This document shows positions 17,737 to 26,127 of a stretch of DNA of 38,782 nt, piece after piece (position 1 is the first letter of the stretch; each line of letters opens with the position of its first letter). Where the stretch lies: the IMG/VR virus record IMGVR_UViG_3300033148_004933, positions 1-38,782 of that record; one strand, given 5' to 3'. This DNA comes from a virus (lineage: Duplodnaviria > Caudoviricetes). Both the position numbers and the translations under genes were made by a program. The notes beneath the pieces were generated by a model, which had not been told where the DNA came from, did not search any database, and saw nothing but the letters and a program-made list of their open reading frames with translations.

Positions 17737-18312
17737 ATGGAAATAATAGAAGTTAAAATTGAAGATTTAAAAGCTTCAGAATATAATCCTAGAGGATTGA
17801 CTGAAAAGGAGAAAAAAGATTTAATGGAAAGTATAAAAAGATTTGGAATGGTTGAACCAATTTTAGTTAATTCTGCGCAAGAAAGAAAAAATATAATAAT
17901 TGGAGGACATCAAAGATATTATATTTGTAAGGAATTGGGAAAAGAAACTGTGCCAGTTGTTTATGTAAATATTCCTGATTTAAAGAAAGAACAGGAGTTG
18001 AATTTAAGGCTTAATAAAAATTTAGGTCATTGGGATTATGATTTACTTACTAACTTTGATGAGGAGATGCTTTTGGATACAGGATTTGAAAGCGAAGAAT
18101 TAATGGAAATGTTTGGTTTAAATGAAATTGAAAGTGTTGAAGTTGATTTAGAAAGATTAAGAATAATAATTGTTGAAGCACCTGAAGCCCCAAAATTAAA
18201 AGAGAGAATGGCTTTTTATTGTGATAATATTGAGGAGTATAAAAGAATAGTAGAATATTTTAAAACTGGTAGAAGTAGTTTAGATAAGAATAAATTATTA
18301 GAAATGATATGA
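17737..18312 (+). CDS. ParB/Srx N-terminal domain protein (methylase-associated type)
   Basis: YNPR, SIKRFGMVEPILVN, IIGGHQR, LNLRLNK. Confidence 0.85.
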   Translation: MEIIEVKIEDLKASEYNPRGLTEKEKKDLMESIKRFGMVEPILVNSAQERKNIIIGGHQRYYICKELGKETVPVVYVNIPDLKKEQELNLRLNKNLGHWDYDLLTNFDEEMLLDTGFESEELMEMFGLNEIESVEVDLERLRIIIVEAPEAPKLKERMAFYCDNIEEYKRIVEYFKTGRSSLDKNKLLEMI

Positions 18313-19202
18313 AATATTTTAGTTTGTTTGCTGGAATTGGTGGATTGGAATATGGTTTATGGAAGCGTGGAAATGAATGTGTTGGTTTTTCAGAAATAAA
18401 GAAGAGTTCTATTGATATTTATAAGAAAAATTTTGGTAATATAAAAAATTTTGGTAATATAAAAAAGATAGATATTAAAGAGATGCCAGATTTTGATATT
18501 TTATTAGGTGGATTTCCTTGTCAATCGTTTAGTTTAGCAGGAAGTAGAATGGGTTTTAAAGATAGAAGGGGTAAGATGATATTTTATATTTACGATATTT
18601 TAAAAAGAAAGAAACCAAATTATTTTGTTTTAGAAAATGTTAAAGGATTAATAAATCATAATAATGGAAAAACTTATAATAGTATATTTAAATTATTAAT
18701 GTTTGCGGGATATAATGTAAGGTGTGTTTTATTAAATAGTTTGTATTATGGATCTGCTCAAAATAGGGAAAGAATATTTTTTATAGGAAGTAAGGATGAG
18801 TTTGATATGATTACTCCTGAAGTAATTGATGATAGTATAAGGTTTAGGGATATAAGAGAAAGGTGTGGTGATTTTAAATTTGTGGATAAAAGGGAGAGGA
18901 TTGTTGAAAAGATTGAGCAAAAGAGAAAGTTTAATTTTGAGTTGATAGGTGGGTATGATAGGGTTGGAACTTTGACTACTATGTATGGATGTGGTGAGAA
19001 GTTGGTTTGGGAGAATGATTGGTTTAGATATTTGACTGTTAGAGAATGTGAGAGGTTGCAGGGATTTCCTGATGATTGGACAGAGGGTGTTAGTGATAGT
19101 CAAAGATATTGGCAACTTGGGAATGCTGTGAATTGTAATGTTAGTGATTATCTTTTTGGTGTTTATTTGCCAAAAATATGGACAGGTTTTGTTTTTCGGT
19201 AG
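18309..19202 (+). CDS. DNA (cytosine-5) methyltransferase
   Basis: FSLFAGIGG, GGFPCQSFS, ENVKG, QNRERIF, RLQGFPD, QLGNAV motifs. Confidence 0.95.
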   Translation: MKYFSLFAGIGGLEYGLWKRGNECVGFSEIKKSSIDIYKKNFGNIKNFGNIKKIDIKEMPDFDILLGGFPCQSFSLAGSRMGFKDRRGKMIFYIYDILKRKKPNYFVLENVKGLINHNNGKTYNSIFKLLMFAGYNVRCVLLNSLYYGSAQNRERIFFIGSKDEFDMITPEVIDDSIRFRDIRERCGDFKFVDKRERIVEKIEQKRKFNFELIGGYDRVGTLTTMYGCGEKLVWENDWFRYLTVRECERLQGFPDDWTEGVSDSQRYWQLGNAVNCNVSDYLFGVYLPKIWTGFVFR

Positions 19203-19222
19203 GGGAGTGGTATGATGGAGTA

Positions 19223-19627
19223 ATGAAATGTAAAAAATGTGGAAGAAAATTAACTGGGAGAAAAACATCATATTGTAGTTTTTATTGTTCTAAAACTCAT
19301 CTTAAAAGTTTGTATAGGAAAAGAAACCGAGAAAAATTAAATGCTTATAATAGATGGTATAGAAAAAACATTAATAGAGGAAAAAATAAAAGGAGTAAAA
19401 TGGATAAGTTTAAAAATGAATCTAATCCAAATTACATTATTCGTGAAGGATGTCGCAAGTGTGGAACTACAGAAAATTTAACTTTAAATCACATCGTTCC
19501 ATTATCAGCAGGAGGAACTGATAAAGAGGAAAATTTAGAAGTTCTCTGTCAAAAATGTAATAATTTAGAATATAAAGAAATAGTCAAAAAAGCATTAGAG
19601 TTTTATTTTAAACACAGGAGTGCATAA
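19223..19627 (+). CDS. HNH endonuclease (likely start 19223)
   Basis: CKKC, YCS..CS, CRKC..LTLNHIVPLSAGG..NLEVLCQKCN. Confidence 0.85.
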   Translation: MKCKKCGRKLTGRKTSYCSFYCSKTHLKSLYRKRNREKLNAYNRWYRKNINRGKNKRSKMDKFKNESNPNYIIREGCRKCGTTENLTLNHIVPLSAGGTDKEENLEVLCQKCNNLEYKEIVKKALEFYFKHRSA

Positions 19628-19681
19628 CTTGGGGAAAACAGTGATAAAAATTAAAGGTCGTTAAAAAGAAAGGAGGTAATT

Positions 19682-20125
19682 ATGTCTAAGAAAATAGTTT
19701 TAATTCAAGGAGCATTTGATATTCTTAATGCAGGGCATGTGATGGCTTTTAGGAAATGCACTACTCTAGGAGATCATGTTATTGTTGCATTGAACACAGA
19801 TCAACTCTACAAGGTTTATAAAGGAAAAGGCAAAGGACCCATAGTTCCTTATAGGCAAAGAAAACAGATTATTGAATCTATTAGATATATTGATCAGGTT
19901 GTTCCTGCTATGCAATTTAGTCCTTTTAATCTTCTCAAAAAGTATGACGTTGATGTTTATGTTTATACCAAGGAATGGGAAAAAACAAAGGAATTTGAAA
20001 TTGCATATATGAAAAGGAATGGCAAAAAAGTTTTTGTATGTCCGAGATATAAGAATGCTTATTGCACAAGCTTGATTAAGCAAAGAATAATTGAAAGACA
20101 TAAGACCTCAAAAAAAGGAGGATAG
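19682..20125 (+). CDS. Cytidylyltransferase-family nucleotidyltransferase (TagD/RfaE-II-like)
   Basis: GAFDILNAGH (HIGH-like), VALNTD, RYIDQV, TSLIKQRI; strong AAGGAGGT SD. Confidence 0.85.
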   Translation: MSKKIVLIQGAFDILNAGHVMAFRKCTTLGDHVIVALNTDQLYKVYKGKGKGPIVPYRQRKQIIESIRYIDQVVPAMQFSPFNLLKKYDVDVYVYTKEWEKTKEFEIAYMKRNGKKVFVCPRYKNAYCTSLIKQRIIERHKTSKKGG

Positions 20126-20143
20126 ATAAAATCTGTCCTCCTT
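20115..20143 (+). terminator. Hairpin overlapping the stop codon
   Basis: AAGGAGGATAGAT-aaa-ATCTGTCCTCCTT. Confidence 0.6.
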
Positions 20144-20165
20144 ATTATCAATTAATTTAAAATTT

Positions 20166-20507
20166 ATGAAAAACATAATAAAAGCAATAAGAGAATATTT
20201 AATTTTAAGAAGAATGATAAGAGAGAAAGAAAGCGCCTTGTTTGAGACAGAAAGGGATATTGAATTCTTTGAAATATGCAAAGGAGAATATGTAAATATG
20301 ACGGTTCAAGGAGAGAATGATATGAGAAAGGAATTGCAGCAAGAATTAAATAAAGCTGAAAACAAAAAAGATAACGGTAAGATTAGAAGATTGTCAAATG
20401 ATATACAAGAGTATAAGAAAGTGCAGGGTCTTTATGCAATGTCAAAAAGAACAAGAGATGAATTAAAACTTTATCTTAATTTATTAAGACATGGAAATAA
20501 AGACTAG
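20166..20507 (+). CDS. Coiled-coil hypothetical protein
   Basis: ORF track. Confidence 0.65.
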   Translation: MKNIIKAIREYLILRRMIREKESALFETERDIEFFEICKGEYVNMTVQGENDMRKELQQELNKAENKKDNGKIRRLSNDIQEYKKVQGLYAMSKRTRDELKLYLNLLRHGNKD

Positions 20508-21102
20508 CTGGGATGATGGAAAGTTGTTGGATCTCAAATTAATAGATCTATTGGAAAAATATGAGATGCCTGCAACTTTCTATATTCCTAACGATTGTGA
20601 ATTGTCAAATCAAGAAATATATGAATTGTCTTTAAAGTTTGAAGTTGGAGGACATACTGTAAATCATCCACAAGATTTGAAAAAGCTTAGTGATCACGAA
20701 TTGTTTTTTGAAATTACAAGTAATAAGGATTATTTAGAGAAAATAATAGAAAAGAAAATATATAAATTCTGTTATCCAAGGGGAAGATATGACAAAAGAG
20801 TTATAAAAGCAGTCAAGGATGCAGATTATTTAGAAGCAAGAACAACAAAAGTGTTTAAACTTTTGAAACCTAAAAATCCTTATGAGACAGGAACTACAAT
20901 ACATGTATTTCAAAGGCCTGAATATCAAGGAGTTGATTGGTTGAAGTTAGCAAAGGAGTATTTCTTTTTAGCTAAGCAAGCAAATGATTCTATATATCAT
21001 TTGTGGGGTCATTCTTCAGAGGTAAATAAAAATAAAAACTGGGATAAATTAGAAGAATTATTTAAGTTTATAAAAAATTATGAAAAAAATAACGTGTCCT
21101 AA
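20491..21102 (+). CDS. Polysaccharide deacetylase (NodB/CE4)
   Basis: TSWDDG, ATFYI, GGHTVNHP, FCYPRG, HLWGH. Confidence 0.9.
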   Translation: MEIKTSWDDGKLLDLKLIDLLEKYEMPATFYIPNDCELSNQEIYELSLKFEVGGHTVNHPQDLKKLSDHELFFEITSNKDYLEKIIEKKIYKFCYPRGRYDKRVIKAVKDADYLEARTTKVFKLLKPKNPYETGTTIHVFQRPEYQGVDWLKLAKEYFFLAKQANDSIYHLWGHSSEVNKNKNWDKLEELFKFIKNYEKNNVS

Positions 21103-21268
21103 TTGTAATTTTGAGGGTAAGCCAAAGTATGGAAGAAGCGTTGGAATAGAATTATTATTATTTCTATTTACATGGTGGATGTTTTTAATTCCATTGTTTC
21201 TTTATTATGGATTTACAAAGAGATGGATTTGTCCTAAATGTAATTATAAATATATAATTAAGAAATGA
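21080..21268 (+). CDS. Small zinc-ribbon membrane protein (LITAF-like architecture)
   Basis: CPNC - hydrophobic segment - CPKC. Confidence 0.65.
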   Translation: MKKITCPNCNFEGKPKYGRSVGIELLLFLFTWWMFLIPLFLYYGFTKRWICPKCNYKYIIKK

Positions 21269-22122
21269 TTAAAGTATATCTTCCAAATATATCAAGATCA
21301 CAGATCGGGGGGGGCTGGACGTTTATTAGGAACTTAAAAGAAGGACTTAAAAGAGAAGTTGAGTTTGTTGATAATGTGGATGATTGTCATGTGTATTTTA
21401 TAGCAGGACCTACAATAGTTAATCCGTCAGAGGCTCATGAAGCTCATAAAAAAGGCAAGGCAATAGTTTTTAGAGTTGATAATGTTCCACGGAAATCAAG
21501 AAATAGAAGATCAACTCCATATGAAAGAATGAAAGAATTTACTGATCTTGCTACAGTTGTTATTTATCAATCTGAATGGGCGAAGAAATATTGTTATCCT
21601 TTATGCGGAGATGGAGAGATTATTTATAATGGAGTTGATACAAATATATTCTATCCTAATAAAGATTTGAGGCCTAAAGATAAAACTGTTTTCTTATATG
21701 CTTATCATGGCAAAAATGAATTGAAGCAATTTTGGAAAGCTCATTATATTTTTCAAATGCAACATAGAGAAAATCAAAATGCAGAGTTCTGGTTTATAAA
21801 TGACTTCGGAAGAAACTGGCAGGAAATTAATGATTCAAAATTTGATTTTTGGAATGGAGAAAGATATGTTGAATTAGAGAAAGTAGATAATCCTAATGAT
21901 ATGGCGAAGCTAATGCAACAGGCATCGTTTCTAATATATCCATCAATACTTGATGCATCGCCTAATTTGGTTTTGGAGGCAAGAGCTTCAGGATTGGATG
22001 TTATTGGCGCATCATCAAGAGAGTTTTCAGGAACAAAAGAATTGCTTGATCCTCAGCTTGACATATCATTAAAAAGAATGTGTGAGGAATATTTATCATT
22101 ATTTAGATTAATAGTTAATTAA
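21265..22122 (+). CDS. Glycosyltransferase, GT-B (GT4-like)
   Basis: IGGGWTF, YQSEW, IIYNGVD..FYP, PSILDASPNLVLEARASGL. Confidence 0.85.
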   Translation: MIKVYLPNISRSQIGGGWTFIRNLKEGLKREVEFVDNVDDCHVYFIAGPTIVNPSEAHEAHKKGKAIVFRVDNVPRKSRNRRSTPYERMKEFTDLATVVIYQSEWAKKYCYPLCGDGEIIYNGVDTNIFYPNKDLRPKDKTVFLYAYHGKNELKQFWKAHYIFQMQHRENQNAEFWFINDFGRNWQEINDSKFDFWNGERYVELEKVDNPNDMAKLMQQASFLIYPSILDASPNLVLEARASGLDVIGASSREFSGTKELLDPQLDISLKRMCEEYLSLFRLIVN

Positions 22123-22125
22123 AAT

Positions 22126-22599
22126 ATGAGAAATAAAAAAGGGCAATTTATTAAAGGACAAAGACCAGAATGGTTAAGAAAAAATATAAGTAAGTCATTA
22201 AAAGGAAAACCTAAATCAACAGCATTTAAGGAGAATCTTAGAAAGATTAGAACGGGTTGTAGGTTGAATAAAACAACGAGAGAAAAAATAGCGAAAAAGC
22301 TAAAAGGAAATAAGAATTCTGTTCGTGCCATAGATGGTAAAAATAAATATAAAGCAAGAGGATATGTTATGGTTTATAGTCCAAATCATCCGTCAGTTAA
22401 TAAATATCCTTATGTGTTTGAACACCGACTTATGATGGAAAAGAAGATTGGAAGACCTTTGGAACGATGGGAAATTGTTCATCATAAGAATGGAATAAAA
22501 GACGATAATAAAATTAGTAATTTAGAAATTTGTTTTCGTAAAAAGCACTTTGGGAAAGTTCAATGTCCTTTTTGTAGAAAAGAATTTTTAATAAAATGA
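22126..22599 (+). CDS. HNH homing endonuclease with NUMOD3-like N-terminus
   Basis: RNKKGQFIKG, KIAKKLKG, EHRLMMEKKIGR, VHHKNGIKDDNKISNL. Confidence 0.9.
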   Translation: MRNKKGQFIKGQRPEWLRKNISKSLKGKPKSTAFKENLRKIRTGCRLNKTTREKIAKKLKGNKNSVRAIDGKNKYKARGYVMVYSPNHPSVNKYPYVFEHRLMMEKKIGRPLERWEIVHHKNGIKDDNKISNLEICFRKKHFGKVQCPFCRKEFLIK

Positions 22600-22600
22600 T

Positions 22601-23194
22601 ATGTCATCATATACTCGTAATCAATTAGAAGATTGGCTTAAGACAATAGATGTCAAGGCAGATAGGGTTCTTGATATTGGAGGTAGTCAATTACCAATTA
22701 AGGGAAGGACTAAGAGTTGGGATGTTAAGGATTATAAGATACTTGATTTAAAAAATCCTCACGAGCAGAAAGTTAAACCTGATTGGGTTGGTAATATACA
22801 AGATGATTTGACAGATATTGATATTAGTGAGTCAATTGAAGTTCCTTATTTTAATGTAGTATTCTGCTTAGAAGTAAGTGAATATTGGTATAATCCACTT
22901 CAAGCATTGCAAAATATTAGTGAATTATTGATAAAGGGTGGTATTTTATATATCAGCTTTCATTTCTTATACCCAATGCACAATCCAAAAGGAAAAGATT
23001 ATTTAAGATATACAAAATGGGGAGTGGAAAAGTTGTTGAAAGAAATTGGATTTGAAATAGAAGATATAAAATATAGAACAGTTAAAGATAAAGGAAGATT
23101 ATTTGAATTTTATGCTGGAGAATGTATGAGGCCTTGTAAGAGTTATAATCAACATTCTGATATTGGTTATTTAATAAAAGCAATAAAAATATGA
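22601..23194 (+). CDS. Class I SAM-dependent methyltransferase
   Basis: VLDIGG, FNVVFCLEV, LIKGGILY, DYLRYT. Confidence 0.85.
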   Translation: MSSYTRNQLEDWLKTIDVKADRVLDIGGSQLPIKGRTKSWDVKDYKILDLKNPHEQKVKPDWVGNIQDDLTDIDISESIEVPYFNVVFCLEVSEYWYNPLQALQNISELLIKGGILYISFHFLYPMHNPKGKDYLRYTKWGVEKLLKEIGFEIEDIKYRTVKDKGRLFEFYAGECMRPCKSYNQHSDIGYLIKAIKI

Positions 23195-24006
23195 AGAAAT
23201 ATAAAATTGGCATAGTAGGAATCGGCATGGTTGGTGGTGCATTAATGAGATATTTTAAAAAGAAAGAAGCTTATGAAGTTAAGCTTTTTATTTTTGATAA
23301 AAAAGGTCTGGGATCAATGGAAGAAGTTGATAAGGCAGATTATATTTATATCTGTGTTCCTACTCCTTATGTTATGGAAAAGGGTTGCGATACTCTAATT
23401 ATTGAAGATGTAATATCTCAATTGAGTCCGGGTAAAATTATAATAATTAAATCAACATCTTCTCCCGGGACAACTGATTATTTTCAAAGAATTTATCCTA
23501 AACATAAATTTTTATTCAATCCAGAATTCTTAACAGAAGAAACAGCAGATCAAGATATGTGTTTTCCTGATAGACAGATTATAGGATATACTAAAGAAAG
23601 CTATAATGTTGCAAAAGATGTTTTACAACAATTACCATTAGCGCCTTTTGAGAGGATAGTTCCTGCGATAGTTGCAGAGATGATTAAATATGCAGGTAAT
23701 ACTTGGTTCTCTGTTAAGGTAGCAAAGAACAATGAATTGTATGATTTGTCAAGAAAGATAGGATTTACTGAGGAAGAATGGGAACAGGTTGTTGATGGAA
23801 TGTCAGCGGATAGAAGAATAGGAAGAACTCATTTAAAGATAATGCATAAAGGCAAAAGAGGATACTGGGGAAAGTGTCTGCCAAAGGATGCAAAGGCGTT
23901 ATTGGATTTTGCTAAAATTCATAAAGTTGATATGCCTGTTTTAAAAGCTACAGATGAATATAACGATAAATTATTAGATCGTCAAGGTTATAAAAAGTTT
24001 ATATGA
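23191..24006 (+). CDS. UDP-glucose/GDP-mannose 6-dehydrogenase family (lacks C-terminal domain)
   Basis: GIGMVG, CVPTP, IKST, NPEFL, AEMIKY, GYWGKCLPKD; only 271 aa. Confidence 0.9.
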   Translation: MKKYKIGIVGIGMVGGALMRYFKKKEAYEVKLFIFDKKGLGSMEEVDKADYIYICVPTPYVMEKGCDTLIIEDVISQLSPGKIIIIKSTSSPGTTDYFQRIYPKHKFLFNPEFLTEETADQDMCFPDRQIIGYTKESYNVAKDVLQQLPLAPFERIVPAIVAEMIKYAGNTWFSVKVAKNNELYDLSRKIGFTEEEWEQVVDGMSADRRIGRTHLKIMHKGKRGYWGKCLPKDAKALLDFAKIHKVDMPVLKATDEYNDKLLDRQGYKKFI

Positions 24007-24641
24007 ATTTAGAAAAAATAAACATCAAAGAGCATTTTTCAATGGAAGAATGGGATACAAGGGCAGTGGCAAGAGAAAAGCTTTATAAGAATATGGCTAA
24101 GATAATGCATGAAACTAAGAAGCCATTTATGCAGGATTGTGAGATTGAGGCTTTTGAAAAAGTTTTATTAGGTCTTAATGAAAAATATCTTGATATTCTT
24201 GAATGGGGATCTGGATATAGTACAGTATATTTTTCTGAATTTTTAGTAGATAATGATATTGATTATAAATGGGATTCATTAGAAATAGACGTTAGATGGT
24301 ATATTGAAATTGTGAAATTAGGATTAGAATATACTAAAATAGATATTCATTTATTTGATGAAGAGATATTAAGGATAGACGATAGAAGATGTCTGAGGAG
24401 ATTTCAAATGAATGAATATGTTAAGTTTCCAAGTCGTCTTGAAAAGAAGTTTGATCTTATCTTTATTGATGGATCTAAAAGAGTGAGATGTCTTAAAGAG
24501 GCAACTAAATTATTAAATCCTGATGGCGTTGTATTATTACATGACGCACAAAGGCCAGAGTATAAAGAAGGAATGGATTTATACGATGGTAAGATTTTAG
24601 CAGGAACTTTATGGCTGGGGAAGTTAAAAAAATCCCAATAA
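24003..24641 (+). CDS. Class I SAM-dependent methyltransferase
   Basis: ILEWGSGYST, FDLIFIDG..R, LNPDGVVLLHD. Confidence 0.85.
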   Translation: MNLEKINIKEHFSMEEWDTRAVAREKLYKNMAKIMHETKKPFMQDCEIEAFEKVLLGLNEKYLDILEWGSGYSTVYFSEFLVDNDIDYKWDSLEIDVRWYIEIVKLGLEYTKIDIHLFDEEILRIDDRRCLRRFQMNEYVKFPSRLEKKFDLIFIDGSKRVRCLKEATKLLNPDGVVLLHDAQRPEYKEGMDLYDGKILAGTLWLGKLKKSQ

Positions 24642-25234
24642 TAATGACTTGCAATTATGCAAGGCCTATATTGGTAGATCAGACATTAAAATCAGTAAGA
24701 GAAAATACTGAATATCCGTACAATCTTATATATACAGAAGATTATAAAAGAGGTCCTGATAAATTAGACTATCTAAATTTAAGAAATGAATTAGTTGACG
24801 GTATTAATTTTGAATGGGATTATATTATTTTTATGGATGATGATATATATTGCAGAAAAGGTTGGTTGAGTGCAATGGTCAAAGCTTTAGAGAATAACCC
24901 TGATGTTTATGTATTAGCAGGAACTACTTGGCCGGCTCATAGGATAGTTGAAGTCAGAGATGATATTTCTATAAGCAAGCAATTTGTAGGAGGATGTTTA
25001 ATAATGAGCAAATGGGTTTGGGGACAAATAAGACCGTGGCCTATTAATAAAAAGAAAACAATTATTATGTGGGAAAGAATATATGATCTTGGAGGAAAAA
25101 TAGCAGTATTAAATGATCAGACAAAATTAATACATTGTGGAGTAAAGAGTATTATAAATAGAAGAGGAAGAAGAAAAGATACAATAAAAAGAATAAGAGA
25201 TTTTGCACATAGTTTTGGAGCAAAAACAAATTAA
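24611..25234 (+). CDS. Glycosyltransferase, GT-A (GT2-like)
   Basis: IIMTCNY, TLKSV, YIIFMDDDI DXD motif, GWLSAM. Confidence 0.8.
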   Translation: MAGEVKKIPIIMTCNYARPILVDQTLKSVRENTEYPYNLIYTEDYKRGPDKLDYLNLRNELVDGINFEWDYIIFMDDDIYCRKGWLSAMVKALENNPDVYVLAGTTWPAHRIVEVRDDISISKQFVGGCLIMSKWVWGQIRPWPINKKKTIIMWERIYDLGGKIAVLNDQTKLIHCGVKSIINRRGRRKDTIKRIRDFAHSFGAKTN

Positions 25235-26127
25235 TGAAAATAGCATATGTAAGTAAACTATATTTATATTCAAATTTATTAATAGAGGGATTGATAAAAA
25301 AAGGCGTATATGTTAAATCGTTCAGATATTATAAGGACATAAAAAGACCACAGGATTATGATATAATTTATATTGAGTCATTGGGAGCTGATGTTACTGT
25401 TGCAAGTAAGAGAGAACATAAAAATCTTATAATATTAACAAGAGGAGTAGGAGTTTATGAGTCAAGGATTGATAGGATAATATGGAAAAATATAAAGACA
25501 TTATTTTTTTTACAACAACATCAGTTGGATTATTTTAAAAGGAGATGGGGTAATAAAAAGATTCCTACGAAGCTCGGAGTGTTGCCAGTTCCTGCGCCTT
25601 TAAAGCAATTTACATTGAAGAAAGATATAAGATTGACAAATAAAGTTGCTTTGATTGCAAATATAACAGATAGAAAAGGATCGGCATATATACCAGATTT
25701 TCTTCAGATGTATCCTGATTTAACGATTCATCATTTAGGACAGGTATGCCTATATGGAAATCCAGTTAGAGAATATGTTAGATGGAGATTAGAAAGAGAT
25801 GGAACTGCAAATAGATATTTTTGGAAGAAGCATATATCACAAGGAGATTTAAACAATTGGCTTGAAGATAAATCATATATTTGGCTACCTTCAATTAGTG
25901 AAGGATTTTGTAGAGCATTGATTGAGGGACATTGTAAGGGATTAAAACCTATTATAAAGAATTACGCAGGAGCAGAAACAATTTGGGACAACACATTTTT
26001 ATATGATAGAATAGATCAAATAAAGAGGATATTAGATTTACCTTATGAGCCGGAAAGATATAGGAAGTATGTAAATAATAAATTTAATAAAGAAAAAGTA
26101 GCAGAGATTTTTCTTTCTTATGTATGA
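25234..26127 (+). CDS. Glycosyltransferase, GT-B
   Basis: RKG, PSISEGFCRALIEGHCKGLKPI (E-x7-E). Confidence 0.75.
   Translation: MKIAYVSKLYLYSNLLIEGLIKKGVYVKSFRYYKDIKRPQDYDIIYIESLGADVTVASKREHKNLIILTRGVGVYESRIDRIIWKNIKTLFFLQQHQLDYFKRRWGNKKIPTKLGVLPVPAPLKQFTLKKDIRLTNKVALIANITDRKGSAYIPDFLQMYPDLTIHHLGQVCLYGNPVREYVRWRLERDGTANRYFWKKHISQGDLNNWLEDKSYIWLPSISEGFCRALIEGHCKGLKPIIKNYAGAETIWDNTFLYDRIDQIKRILDLPYEPERYRKYVNNKFNKEKVAEIFLSYV

Noticed and set aside
17737-18312. Plasmid-type partition system
   Set aside because: No ParA or HTH/parS evidence; this is the ParB-N type that accompanies methylases.
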